A stretch of DNA of 48,020 bases. It comes from Vezdaea acicularis (Eukaryota). Numbering within the stretch: the first letter of the stretch is position 1; every line of letters starts with the position of its first letter. The stretch is from NCBI GenBank assembly GCA_026025075.1, contig JAPEUI010000056.1, positions 62,001 through 110,020 of the forward strand, read 5' to 3'. Under the pieces are notes generated by a model that saw only the letters and a program-made list of their open reading frames with translations, was not told the origin of the DNA and made no database searches. Below, piece after piece: positions 1 through 10,265 of this stretch. A program made the position numbers and the translations under genes.

Positions 1-2053
1 CAATGGGCCCGTTGAGCCAGGGGGCCTTGGCCATATTGTCGCAAACCAGTCCAAGCATCCCCGGTCCCCAACAGAAGCCCCCGAGAGCTTGGCCCCATCC
101 TTTTCTGAAGTAAGTTTGCGAGCGAGATTCCCTTCTTTGGAAAAAGGCTGGAGGCGCAGTGTAATCATGATATACTCAAACGCCGCGCTGAAAGAGGATG
201 CCAGACATGCGCCGCAACATTTAAGCACTTCGCAGAAACCCAATTGTGGTCTTGTCTCCCGTCAGCGCAGGGATGGCTGCTCTTGCCGATCCCTCCTGAA
301 GGGCAGTGGAAGGTCGCTCCCGCGGCGGAGCGTGCATGCAGCATCTAAAGGGAGGTGTGTCGGCTGAAGCCATCACCGACGGGGCCCTTGGGCTGCATAA
401 GACCGCGGTGCAGAGGGCGCACTGCGGCGTTTGATGCTATTTCGGTGCTTCCTGATTCGACTACCGACAACAGTTGATATCCACCAGCAGTTGACGATGA
501 ACCTATCGCGATCCACCGGTAAACTTTGATAGATGCGAGGGCTTCGATTTGTGCTGTGTCGGAGGAGAAGCCGCTAGAAGGCATCAGTTATGCGTTTCAC
601 GATCGGTGTCCCACCGAATTTCATGAATGAGGGCCTCGCGAGAAGTCTTCGTATGATATGAGTGTCGTAATCGTAAACGCTTGGTGTCGCATTGCAGCTG
701 CGCCGTCAGCCCCCTCAACGGGACCCTGAAGAACATTCCTCCGATGCCTCTGGTGATGATCGTCGACGTACGCGGTGTCCATTCCGTCAGCTGTTACGTT
801 AGCTACCAGGTTCTCCCGGCGCTGGTCGGCGGACTGGTGATTGGACGGAGGCTGAATTCGCCGCGGTTCTTTCTGAGCTGACAAACGCTCCACGGGCGGT
901 CTATGGCCCGCTCGTCCAGCGATGTCTAAGGCCGCGCCACAGTGATTAAACCACTGAAGAGCCACTCCGGGACTGTTAGCACTGTCTGGAATCCTCTCGC
1001 AAGGGCCACCAAACGTAAATGGAAAGGAAAAGAGCCCAAGCACAAAAGCATGCCAAATTGTTTAAAATCCTCTGAGCTTTGAGCACAGAGTCAAACTCAG
1101 TCCTCTTGCGACAACAATATCGTCTTCGATCGTCCTTCGGATCGATCCAGGACCCACTGTCGTCGCCTGAGCCACTTGCTTGCGCGTCGTAGAGTAGTGA
1201 CTTGTGAAGGCGGACTAGAAGACTAGTTAGCCACCGCTTTAGAGTGAGTGAAAGGAGAGGGTTTGCCCCACTATCGCACTCCGGACGACTCATACGCTTT
1301 CCCGCCACTAGACGCTCATCTCGCCTACAAAGAGGGAGTTAAGGTTGCGTCGTGTGCAAAAAAGCGAGGGAGCTCATCTTAACCGCACCGTCCGGGCGCC
1401 CTTCATCTCGCATTCCATATTCCTGACTCAACGTCGTCCCAGGAGTGTAAAGTTAGGCACGGTGTGAGGCTTCGTCGAGAAATTAACCGCCAGAGCCCTC
1501 CTTGCACAAAGGGGATGACTGAGTCGGAGTCTGGGCTTTGACTCTATTGAACCAGGGCAGGAAGCCCCTAGGCAGTCGCACACAGTCCCACCCCGTCGCC
1601 AAATCGCACTAAGCACGCACGGCTCACACACCGCTGCCCGCCCTCCCACACCGGTCGCTAGCGAGAGAGACGTACCCAGGCCGGCCAGCCCCCCCAGCAA
1701 TACAAAACCAGCACGCACCCCCCAACACCAGCCTCGCTGGTTTTTTTGCCCTACACACACACCCTGTGAACGAGACTGAGACGGTTTGACCGAACGACTC
1801 CCGCGAATCTTTCACGAACTATCGTCGATTTTCGACATCACGTCATTCTGGATCTACAGGATCCTTCTCCAAAATTCTTCACTTCAGCGCGCCACCCGAC
1901 CGATGTGTGAGAAGAAGAGCTGGTCTACTCCCCTCCTCCTCTTCTTCGACCATCACCGGATACAGCGGTAGCGGGCGACTCGCCACGACGTCTCCCACGA
2001 CGTATCCTCCATCAAAACAATCGTACGACGGTGTCAACACGACGGCGCCGTAA

Positions 2054-3241
2054 ATGTACGCTCGACACTATACTGTACCGCCTCAGGGTGGGTACGTCCC
2101 TTACGAATACAACACCCCCAGGACTTCTCCTCAGCCTGGTGGGCCGTCCGACTACTACACGCCGCGATACAATACTTATACGACTCCACCGCCAAAAGGA
2201 TCGAGGGAGAAGAGACATACTCGCAACGCAAGTCACGATGCAGGGGCTTACTACGTGTCGCCGGGTGCAGTACCGAGATATTATACGTCTCCACAGTACG
2301 CCGCTCAAGGGGAATACTACACCTCACCTGAATACACGACGCCTTCGCGCGACGCCGAATATGTAAGTAGAAGTCGTTCATACAACAAGGCCCGACACTC
2401 GTCGTCGAGGGCCAGAGACTATGATCGTCCTCGTTCGTCACATCGTGTACACGATTATGACGATGAGGGTTATGTAACGGACTATGCGCGTCGCGAGTCA
2501 CAACATTATAAAAGTGACCACGACGCTAATCGTTACTACCGCGATCAGGTCCCATTGTATGGCGAACCTACAGATGCAACTCCTCGACGATCTCGCGCTC
2601 GACGCTCGTCTCACTCTACGAGACCGACGCCGCCGAAGCCAGCCAAGCCTGCGGCTGCTGCTTCACCACCAAAGGCCACCCCAAAGGCGACCGAAGAAGA
2701 CGCGTTGAGAGCTGGCATTCCGGCGGGTTACTCTTACAAGAACTGGGATCCGACCGAACAACCCATCATGCTCCTGGGTAGCGTCTTTGACGCGAACTCT
2801 TTGGGCAAGTGGATCTATGACTGGACTGTATATCACCACGGCGCGTCGACTCCAATGTCAGAGATCGCGGGCGACCTCTGGCTCCTCCTCATCCAACTGG
2901 CAGGCAAGGTGAAGCGAGCAGACGAGTGCCTGCCGCGCATCCGCCGCGTCGAGAACCGCGAGATGATCGAGGACTTTCTCGAGAGTGGCGACCGGCTCTG
3001 GGCGCGCATCAAGAAGCTTCTCAAGGCATGCGAGGAGTTTATGTGGAAGGCGGCGGAGCGGCGCGAGAGCAAGGGGAAGGGCATCAGCATGGGCAAGAAC
3101 AGCGGCTGCGAGTTCGTCGACTCCATCTTTGGTCGCGACCGCGAGCTCGAGAAGACGGAGAAGCTCATGACGGGCATGCGGCTTTGGAGTATGCGCTTCG
3201 ACGCCAACTGCGAGGATATCCTCCGGCGTCCGACTACTTAG
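2054..3241 (+). CDS. Conserved fungal protein, usually annotated 'vegetative cell wall protein gp1-like'; function unknown
   Basis: Single 395-aa ORF with a Tyr/Pro/Arg-rich disordered N-half and a conserved C-domain (ATEEDALRAGIPAGYSYKNWDPTEQPIMLLGSVFDANSLGKWIYDWT...WSMRFDANCEDIL). An in-frame TAA sits directly before the ATG. Confidence 0.85.
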   Translation: MYARHYTVPPQGGYVPYEYNTPRTSPQPGGPSDYYTPRYNTYTTPPPKGSREKRHTRNASHDAGAYYVSPGAVPRYYTSPQYAAQGEYYTSPEYTTPSRDAEYVSRSRSYNKARHSSSRARDYDRPRSSHRVHDYDDEGYVTDYARRESQHYKSDHDANRYYRDQVPLYGEPTDATPRRSRARRSSHSTRPTPPKPAKPAAAASPPKATPKATEEDALRAGIPAGYSYKNWDPTEQPIMLLGSVFDANSLGKWIYDWTVYHHGASTPMSEIAGDLWLLLIQLAGKVKRADECLPRIRRVENREMIEDFLESGDRLWARIKKLLKACEEFMWKAAERRESKGKGISMGKNSGCEFVDSIFGRDRELEKTEKLMTGMRLWSMRFDANCEDILRRPTT

Positions 3242-3683
3242 GCGTTTGTGTGTGTGTGCGTGTGCTGGGGGGTTGGCATGGTTGACGGGAAAGGACAAGG
3301 GAACGGCTGGGACGGGCATTGGGTCTCGGTGTTGCATAGCTTACGGGCGGCGCGCACTCTTTTGTGGTGCTTTTTTGAATCTTCGATGATACCAGTTTCC
3401 TTTCTCAACTGCGGCTACGACTTTTCCTTGAATTTGCATCTTACAGGCTTCTCACTATAAAGATTGTAATATCACCTTTCTGCACCTCCGATCGTGTGTC
3501 TCTCACTCTCACTTTGACTCCCTCAGTTCATGCCTTGCTTTCCTCTCAGAAAACCTTAGATCCCCCAAAAAAAAGACGCGTAACAATTCTCATTCTATCA
3601 CGGCTCACCTGCGCTGTTTTCTCCCGGCGCAAAGTTTCATGCGTATCAAAAAGCTTAAAAGAGTCACGACCAACGCGACTCAC

Positions 3684-5450
3684 CCAAAAAAAAAAACATA
3701 ACATTAGGATAGACTGAATAATACCTCAAAACAAAACCTATCTTTCGCCCGCTCCGTGTGACTCTACGCAAAAGAACACTACATAGATGCCTAGCCTACC
3801 CCCCCTTTACCCTCCTTTCCCAGAAGGAACCGCCCCCCCATCGTGAAGTGCCTCTCGGCGAAGTCCCACGGCGACTTGACGGCGCAAACCGAGCGCGCAA
3901 AGCATCTGCTCCCGCCGAACGCCCATCCCTGTGCCTTATCTCTGCGCGTCAATGAAGCCGGCTTCTTCCTAGGCATGGCCTACCCTCCTACCCTTCCCGT
4001 CCATGAAGGCAGAGAGAAAAAAAACCTTTCCTCGCCATGACCGCTGAGGGTGTGAAGTGGTCGGGCGGTCCAATCAGCCCGTCCCGCCCGCGGTTCACAT
4101 TGAGGGAGGGTCGATGTTCCATTTCGATGTGCCGGGAGGGTGCGGGCGGCGCGGTCGCGAAAACGGCCGCAGGTGCGGGGACCACTCCCAGGCTCTGGCC
4201 ATCGGGCTGATCGCTGGGGGGGCTGCAGGAGCGCAGACCCGGCCTGGGCTGACGCGAGAAAAGAGGGCAGTTCTTCAGTCTAGGGGCGCCGTGCGACGGG
4301 AGGGGTTCCTGCCGAAGGGCTTTTCTCGTATCGAAGAAGGCAGACAGGCGCAGGACGCACGGATTCGAGGGCTGGCATACGAGTGGTTGGTTAGTTTGAT
4401 GTTGGGACAGGGACAAGCTTGTGAGAGAGAGCAGGTTCAGCCAGATTGTGAAAGCGTCGGTGGAGAAAGGGGACGTACTGATGTTTGATTGGGATCCGGA
4501 TTGGTATGATGGGGCCTTCAGCACTAATGTGTGAGAGACGTGCCAGCCACTCGTCACCAGGGAACGCATCCAAGACCGTCCATCGGAATACAAGCTTCAT
4601 GTACGAACCAATCCGGGTTGATGGTCGGACTCTGCGCTCTTCTCTCTCTCCAGTCAGATGCACGATCCCGTCTCTCCAGCCCCCATCGTCGATCCCGAGA
4701 TCTCAGCATCTCAGCCAACGTTCCCCGCTCTCCTTCCTCGGCGGAACGGGTCAGCGAATCGAAGACGGCAGCCGGGAAAGTGTCGTGCAGGAGGAATCGG
4801 CTTCTCTGCAGCCTTCTACCCGACAAGCATCCAGGCACACCTCCATGTTTGCCCCTGGGGCCTCTCGAGGATTGCAGAACGGCGCGGTTTGAGCCATCGT
4901 TAGGTGCGTCGAGCGGTGCGGCGAAGGAATCACATCCAGGCCCGCCCACGAGAGGCGGCACAGAGCGTGGGCTGGTTTCCCCGGCACATGGCGGCTTGCG
5001 ATCGCTCGACGCCGTTTCGGGGGGATCGTCCAATACTCATCCTCTCCTCTTTTGGTGTGCCCATCGTTGCCGTGCGGGGTAGTTGGCAGGTATTGGTCGC
5101 CTCCACTGACGTCTTCCATACGACGTATCCCGCGCCAGGCCGGACAGAAGCGTCGACGGAAGAAGCAACGAGGCGTTCTTCATCAGCAGACCGAGGTCAT
5201 GGTGGGCGGCTGCTTATCGAGCGGCCCTGTCGAGAGTGAGGGTGCGCATCTTGTCGATGAAAGGAGGGGGGGCACCGCATCCAACCCGGATGTGGGTGGT
5301 GTTATGTCGACGGTTCTTGTCGTGAGTATGTCACTATCACAGTCAGTGTCTCTTTTCAGTCGACGGGTGTGTGCAGAGACTGGAGGGCTTGCATAGACTT
5401 GGTGCTTCTTAGGCGCCGGATTGTGAACCCATGGAGTTATGCAGGCCGCG
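3684..5450 (-). ncRNA. Candidate spliced, highly structured long non-coding RNA (boundaries approximate)
   Basis: No recognisable protein. Many nested 7-10 bp inverted repeats whose imperfect pairs are G-U on the minus strand. Consensus intron 4478-4372 (GTACGT...ACTAAC...CAG). See findings. Confidence 0.35.
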
Positions 5451-5979
5451 AAAACGGTCACGTCCGCGCGTAGAAGCGTGGGTTGGCGGCGAGAGCGCTT
5501 CTGTGGCTTATGGGAGAGGAGGGTTGGTCGGGCCAATGGACGCTCGTATTTAGGGCGTGGACGAGAAGCTGCAACGAGAAATCTCAAGGTCATGTGATAC
5601 GACCTTCATTGGTCAGTCATCCCAGATTTTGAGGAGAGTCTTTGGGGGATCGCGCAGTATGGTCATCAGGGCTTTGCTTGGACAGATTGAGAGTTTTGAT
5701 AATTACTTGGGAATTCGTCTGCATTTATCCTCTTCTGACTGGATCAAACACAAATAGCGTTGAATATCGGGTGATTTTATGGCTTATAAGGGCATGTAAC
5801 TTGTAATGTTATTAGCTTTTACGATTAAAGTATCTAATAGAATAAAGCTCGTCGCTGCTAGGCATTGGGGTATCCGTCGTAATCCTCAGTGCTCGTTACT
5901 TCATGAAAAAAAATGCCAATCAATATGCCAAATTTCCCCAATGCCAAACCAACCCCCCAAAACAAACGCTCCATCAAAC

Positions 5980-7185
5980 TCATGCGGCGACTATCGAGCC
6001 CTCGACGCATTTCGTACCCGCTGCGACTGGTCCCATATCGACCCAATCACCCTGGTCGCATACCATTAATGTTTTCTCGTTGCTAGCACACTGAATTTGA
6101 GGGTTGCCGGTGCAGTTGCCATAGCTAGGAGCGGCCTTGAACTCGCCATCTACACATATTGTCCTGGGTGCAACCGTGCCCATGGAGATGTATCCGCTGC
6201 CCTGGCCATTACAGACTGACCAGTTCGTTTCGTTGTCACACCTGGGTTGGCCAGCTTTACACGGAGTGTTGGTTAAGGTTGGTGATGAAGAGAGAGCCGA
6301 TCTTGCTGCTGATGAAGCGGGCACCAGTGACGATATAGTCGCAGAAGGCATTGCACTCATGCGAGGTACGTTGTAGATAGAGGATAGGTTAGTTGAAGGT
6401 TGTGCAGCTTGCGTCTTATTTGTAGGTACGGCTATTGGCTTGAGCGCTGTAGCTAAGGTCGTTGGATAGGAACCATTTAGAAGAAGGTCCTTTCCTAGCG
6501 TCATTGTTGGGGCCGAAGGGTTCGTTGAGATTGATGCGTTTGACGGTTGTGCACCACCCGTCACGCTCCCACCGTATTGTACATCTCGGCCGGGATCTGG
6601 AAAGACGACCTGTACATTCTCGACGGTCTTGGAAGCAGTGCCACCAATATTGGCGACATATATGTTGGGTAGCTGGTCTATCGATGTTTGATTGGTTGTC
6701 GAGCTTGCAACGTTGACGAATGCGCAATTCATATACATCTCCCTGTTCCCAATCAGATTGAACCAGGTCCAGGCAAAGACAGCGTTGCCGCTTGGTGCAT
6801 CGGAAGGGATCTTAAAGTCGTATTGTGTTGTTAAGGGGCAACCTCCGATCATCGATTTGATCACCTTGAAGGTTTTTCCGTTATCATAGGACAGTGACAA
6901 CTGACAAGATCCGCCTCCATGTGGCGCACTTCCCGTAATTGACATGTTATAGGTTTGGCCGGCTTGATAGCTAGCGACCGTCCTTGTCGAGGGTGGAGAT
7001 AGGTAGCCTTTGCAAGGGAAATTCGAGCCATCCGCGTTCAACGGAGCGATCATATTATAATCGACATTGGCTCCAGTATTTGCTGGGTCAAATTTGCTAT
7101 GCAGGGGATAGGGCCAATTCATCTCCATGTGAGCAAGGGATGCGGATACGAGCGTGAATGTGCTAATGAAGGTAGAGGTCTTCAT
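5980..7185 (-). CDS. AA11-family lytic polysaccharide monooxygenase (chitin-type LPMO) with Ser/Thr/Pro linker and two Cys-rich C-terminal modules
   Basis: ATG at 7185. Signal peptide [18 protein letters not shown] is followed directly by His1 (HMEM). Second His in [17 protein letters not shown]; axial Tyr motif [17 protein letters not shown]. Intronless. Confidence 0.9.
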   Translation of the reverse strand: MKTSTFISTFTLVSASLAHMEMNWPYPLHSKFDPANTGANVDYNMIAPLNADGSNFPCKGYLSPPSTRTVASYQAGQTYNMSITGSAPHGGGSCQLSLSYDNGKTFKVIKSMIGGCPLTTQYDFKIPSDAPSGNAVFAWTWFNLIGNREMYMNCAFVNVASSTTNQTSIDQLPNIYVANIGGTASKTVENVQVVFPDPGRDVQYGGSVTGGAQPSNASISTNPSAPTMTLGKDLLLNGSYPTTLATALKPIAVPTNKTQAAQPSTNLSSIYNVPRMSAMPSATISSLVPASSAARSALSSSPTLTNTPCKAGQPRCDNETNWSVCNGQGSGYISMGTVAPRTICVDGEFKAAPSYGNCTGNPQIQCASNEKTLMVCDQGDWVDMGPVAAGTKCVEGSIVAA

Positions 7186-8043
7186 CTTCAAGTATGAGAA
7201 AGTGTAGGAATATGTCGATGAAGTGCTCTACTACGTATATATGGTAGAATAGGTTGCTAGATAGGACTCTTGTTGACAAAGAAGACTTTTGTACAGCGCA
7301 ATTGATCACATTTATAACATGAAGGCAATGGTAGGTTCTTACATCCATCATCGCGTTACAAGCAATTGACAGGCGGTACATTGTTGAGAAATTGCGGGTG
7401 GTCTGTGGCCCAGCCCGAAATCGCTCATTGCAAAAGCTCATAATCCTGCAGAATGATTAGGAAAAACGGGCTGAGCTATGAGAACGCAACAACGAGCCAC
7501 GATTAAAGCCACAGATTTTGTGAGAAATGAAGAAAAGCGAGGCCCTGGAAAGGTGCGTGGGTGGGTGCGAAGAATGTCGCGACCCGATATCACGAACAAG
7601 AGGAATGTGGCTCCAACCATGGAATATTGTGGCACAGAGTAATGGCATATTTGTCTAAGCCGCCACAATAACAAAATGATTTTTAAAAAGAGATGGTAGG
7701 AGTCCTCTTAAGCAACGTTTCTCGACAGTATTTGGTGCCAGCTAGCCATGCTGGTAACATGTGCATTAGCAATGACATCGATAATTCCAGACTGGTCACA
7801 AGAGCAGTATGGCATGTTTGATACCTTCAAGGTCCTTGTTAGCATGGAAGGGTGTTGTCTCAAAGATTATACTCTCGTCGCTCTAAAAAGGTGCCAGCGT
7901 GATTTCGCGAACGAAGCGCGTCGCGCAGTTCCCTAAAGACGTCATTGACTTCGACTGGGGACCAGCCTTCTGCGCAGAGCTGTATACGCCTCTAGATGCC
8001 TCTTACAACGTCAAGTGAGGCTGCAATATTCCAAACTTCTTGA

Positions 8044-10265
8044 ATGCGGCCACATTTTGCCAGGTCTAGAGGGAATGCCGTGTCAGTTATACGTAGATTT
8101 GTTCTACAAGACCTAGTATTGCAGATCCCACCACTTTCGCCCCTTGCCTCCAAAGGTGCGGCATTCTCGACATTTTCGAATAGAGCCTTGTCTAGCATTA
8201 CTATGGCGAAAAGGAAAAGGTTATCGGAAGCGCAAGCCCTACAATCTATACAGACACCTATACCAGTACCTCCCCTTCGTCAACCTCGTCGATCATCTCA
8301 GCGCGCAATCTTTACGGTAACTTCGGATCCCGCCCTGGGAAACGATGTCTTTGATGGCATAGAAGCTCTTCGAGCATCGCCTTCGGCATTGCCAGACGAT
8401 CCTATATTTGGACTTCCTGATTCTTCCGTTGGAGCACAAAAGAAAAAGGCGAAGGCCGCTGCTCCTAGGAGAGCTGACGCACCTTCAAACATCGAGCTGG
8501 AGGTACTGGAACCAGCGGAAAATGCTGTTCAGTCTTCAAGCACAAGGTCTTCTAAAGATCAGATTGTTGATCCAGAGGGCGATGAGATACCGGTTGAAGA
8601 TGTCGGCGCAGTAATGGCTGCTGCATCTCGACCACCGCCTGTTGACAGTGATTACTTACCGCTACCATGGAAAGGGCGGTTAGGATATGTTTGTTCTTCT
8701 TGGAAATGCACATAACCCCATACTAACAAAATACCCTCTAGGCATGTCTATGTACATATCTTCGTTTCTCAAATCCCCCAGTCTTTAGTTCTCGAACCTG
8801 CAGAATTGCGTCCATCATGGAACATCGACATCCCCTGAAAGATCCAACACAACCTCACCATGCCACCAAGAATCGGCCAGATCTTGATCAAGCTCCAGAT
8901 GTGGCACGCGGTCAAAGATACGTTGAGAGTCTAGGACTTGCGAATGCAAAAGACATTGTGAAGATGCTTCGATGGAACGACAAGTATGGCATAAGATTCC
9001 TAAGACTAAGCAGTGAAATGTTTCCCTTTGCCAGTCATGAAGAATATGGCTACAAGCTGGCACCTTTTGCTTCAGAGGTCCTGGCAGATGCTGGACGAGT
9101 TGCAGCCGAGCTTGGCCACCGCTTGACGACCCATCCAGGACAATTTACCCAGCTAGGATCGCCTCGAGGCGAAGTCATTAGAGCAGCCATCCGTGATTTG
9201 GAGTACCATGCCGAGCTATTGAGCCTCTTAAAGCTCCCTGAACAGCAGGACAGAGACGCGGTTATGATTCTTCATATGGGTGGCGTATATGGTGACAAGG
9301 CCGCAACGCTGGATCGATTCAGGGAGAACTACAAGGGCCTCAGCAAAGAGATCAAAAAGAGAATTGTCCTAGAGAATGATGACGTTAGCTACACCGTGCA
9401 TGATCTTCTTCCCATTTGCGAAGAGCTTAACATCCCCTTGGTCTTGGACTATCATCATCACAACATCTTGTTTGATGCGGATGAGGTGCGAGAAGGCACT
9501 AAGGATATTATGCAGCTATACGACAGGATTCGGATGACTTGGACTAGGAAAGGCATTACGCAGAAGATGCATTATTCTGAGCCGACCGCGGCCGCTATCA
9601 CTCCTCGGCAGCGTCGGAAGCACAGTCCACGTGTAGCCACATTACCTCCTTGCCCGCCTGACATGGATCTTATGATTGAAGCGAAGGATAAAGAGCAAGC
9701 TGTATTTGAGTTGATGCGAACCTTCAAACTTCCTGGATGGGAAAGTTTCAGCAACTTGATACCATACACACGGCAAGATGAGAACAAGCCCGAAAGGAAG
9801 GCTAAAGCCACTCCTAAGAAGTCCAAGAAAGAAGTGGATGAAGTTCCTGAAATGGAACTGACGGGCGTTCAATCTATTCCCGAGAACGCGGTTGGTATGG
9901 GGGGACCTCAGGGGCGAGTATACTGGCCACCTGGAATGGAGGAGTGGCTTCGTCCGGCGAAGAGAATTGTAAAGAAAAAGGACGACAAACCAGATAAGCC
10001 GAAAAAAGCTGCAATCAAGTCGGAAGCAGCGGAAGTTGACGTATCTACCCCAAAACCCCAGAAAGGAGGTAAGGCGATTCCCAAGAAGACGACGACGAGC
10101 GCCAAGAAGAAATCCGGTAAAAGGATTTTGACGCCATCAACGTCAGATGAAAGCATGTCCGAGCTAGTATCTGACTTGTCGGAGAATGACATGCCTCCCT
10201 CAAAAAAGAAGACTGTTGGGAAGAAAACAGTAGGGACTAGAAGCAGGCCAAAGAAGTTTGCCTAA
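8044..10265 (+). CDS. uve1: UV-damage endonuclease (UVDE/UvsE family)
   Basis: join(8044..8688,8742..10265). The intron GTTTGT...TACTAAC...TAG restores GRLGY-ACLCTYLR. Motifs RLSSEMFPFASH, LTTHPGQF, LENDD, LDYHH, DLMIEAKDKEQA. Second in-frame ATG at 8203. Confidence 0.95.

Noticed and set aside
89..1815. Several 60-140 aa ORFs on both strands
   Set aside because: Overlapping, mostly non-ATG starts and no recognisable motifs; consistent with chance ORFs in GC-rich intergenic DNA.
4899..5305. Candidate telomerase templates (ACCTAAC next to a 10-bp helix, CACCCTCAC, ACACCACCCACA)
   Set aside because: None encodes the usual TTAGGG repeat. They cannot be accepted without knowing this organism's telomere sequence.
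3988..5593. Overlapping ORFs up to 201 aa as a protein-coding gene
   Set aside because: No frame dominates and there are no domain motifs. Splicing the 4372-4478 intron does not build a convincing protein.
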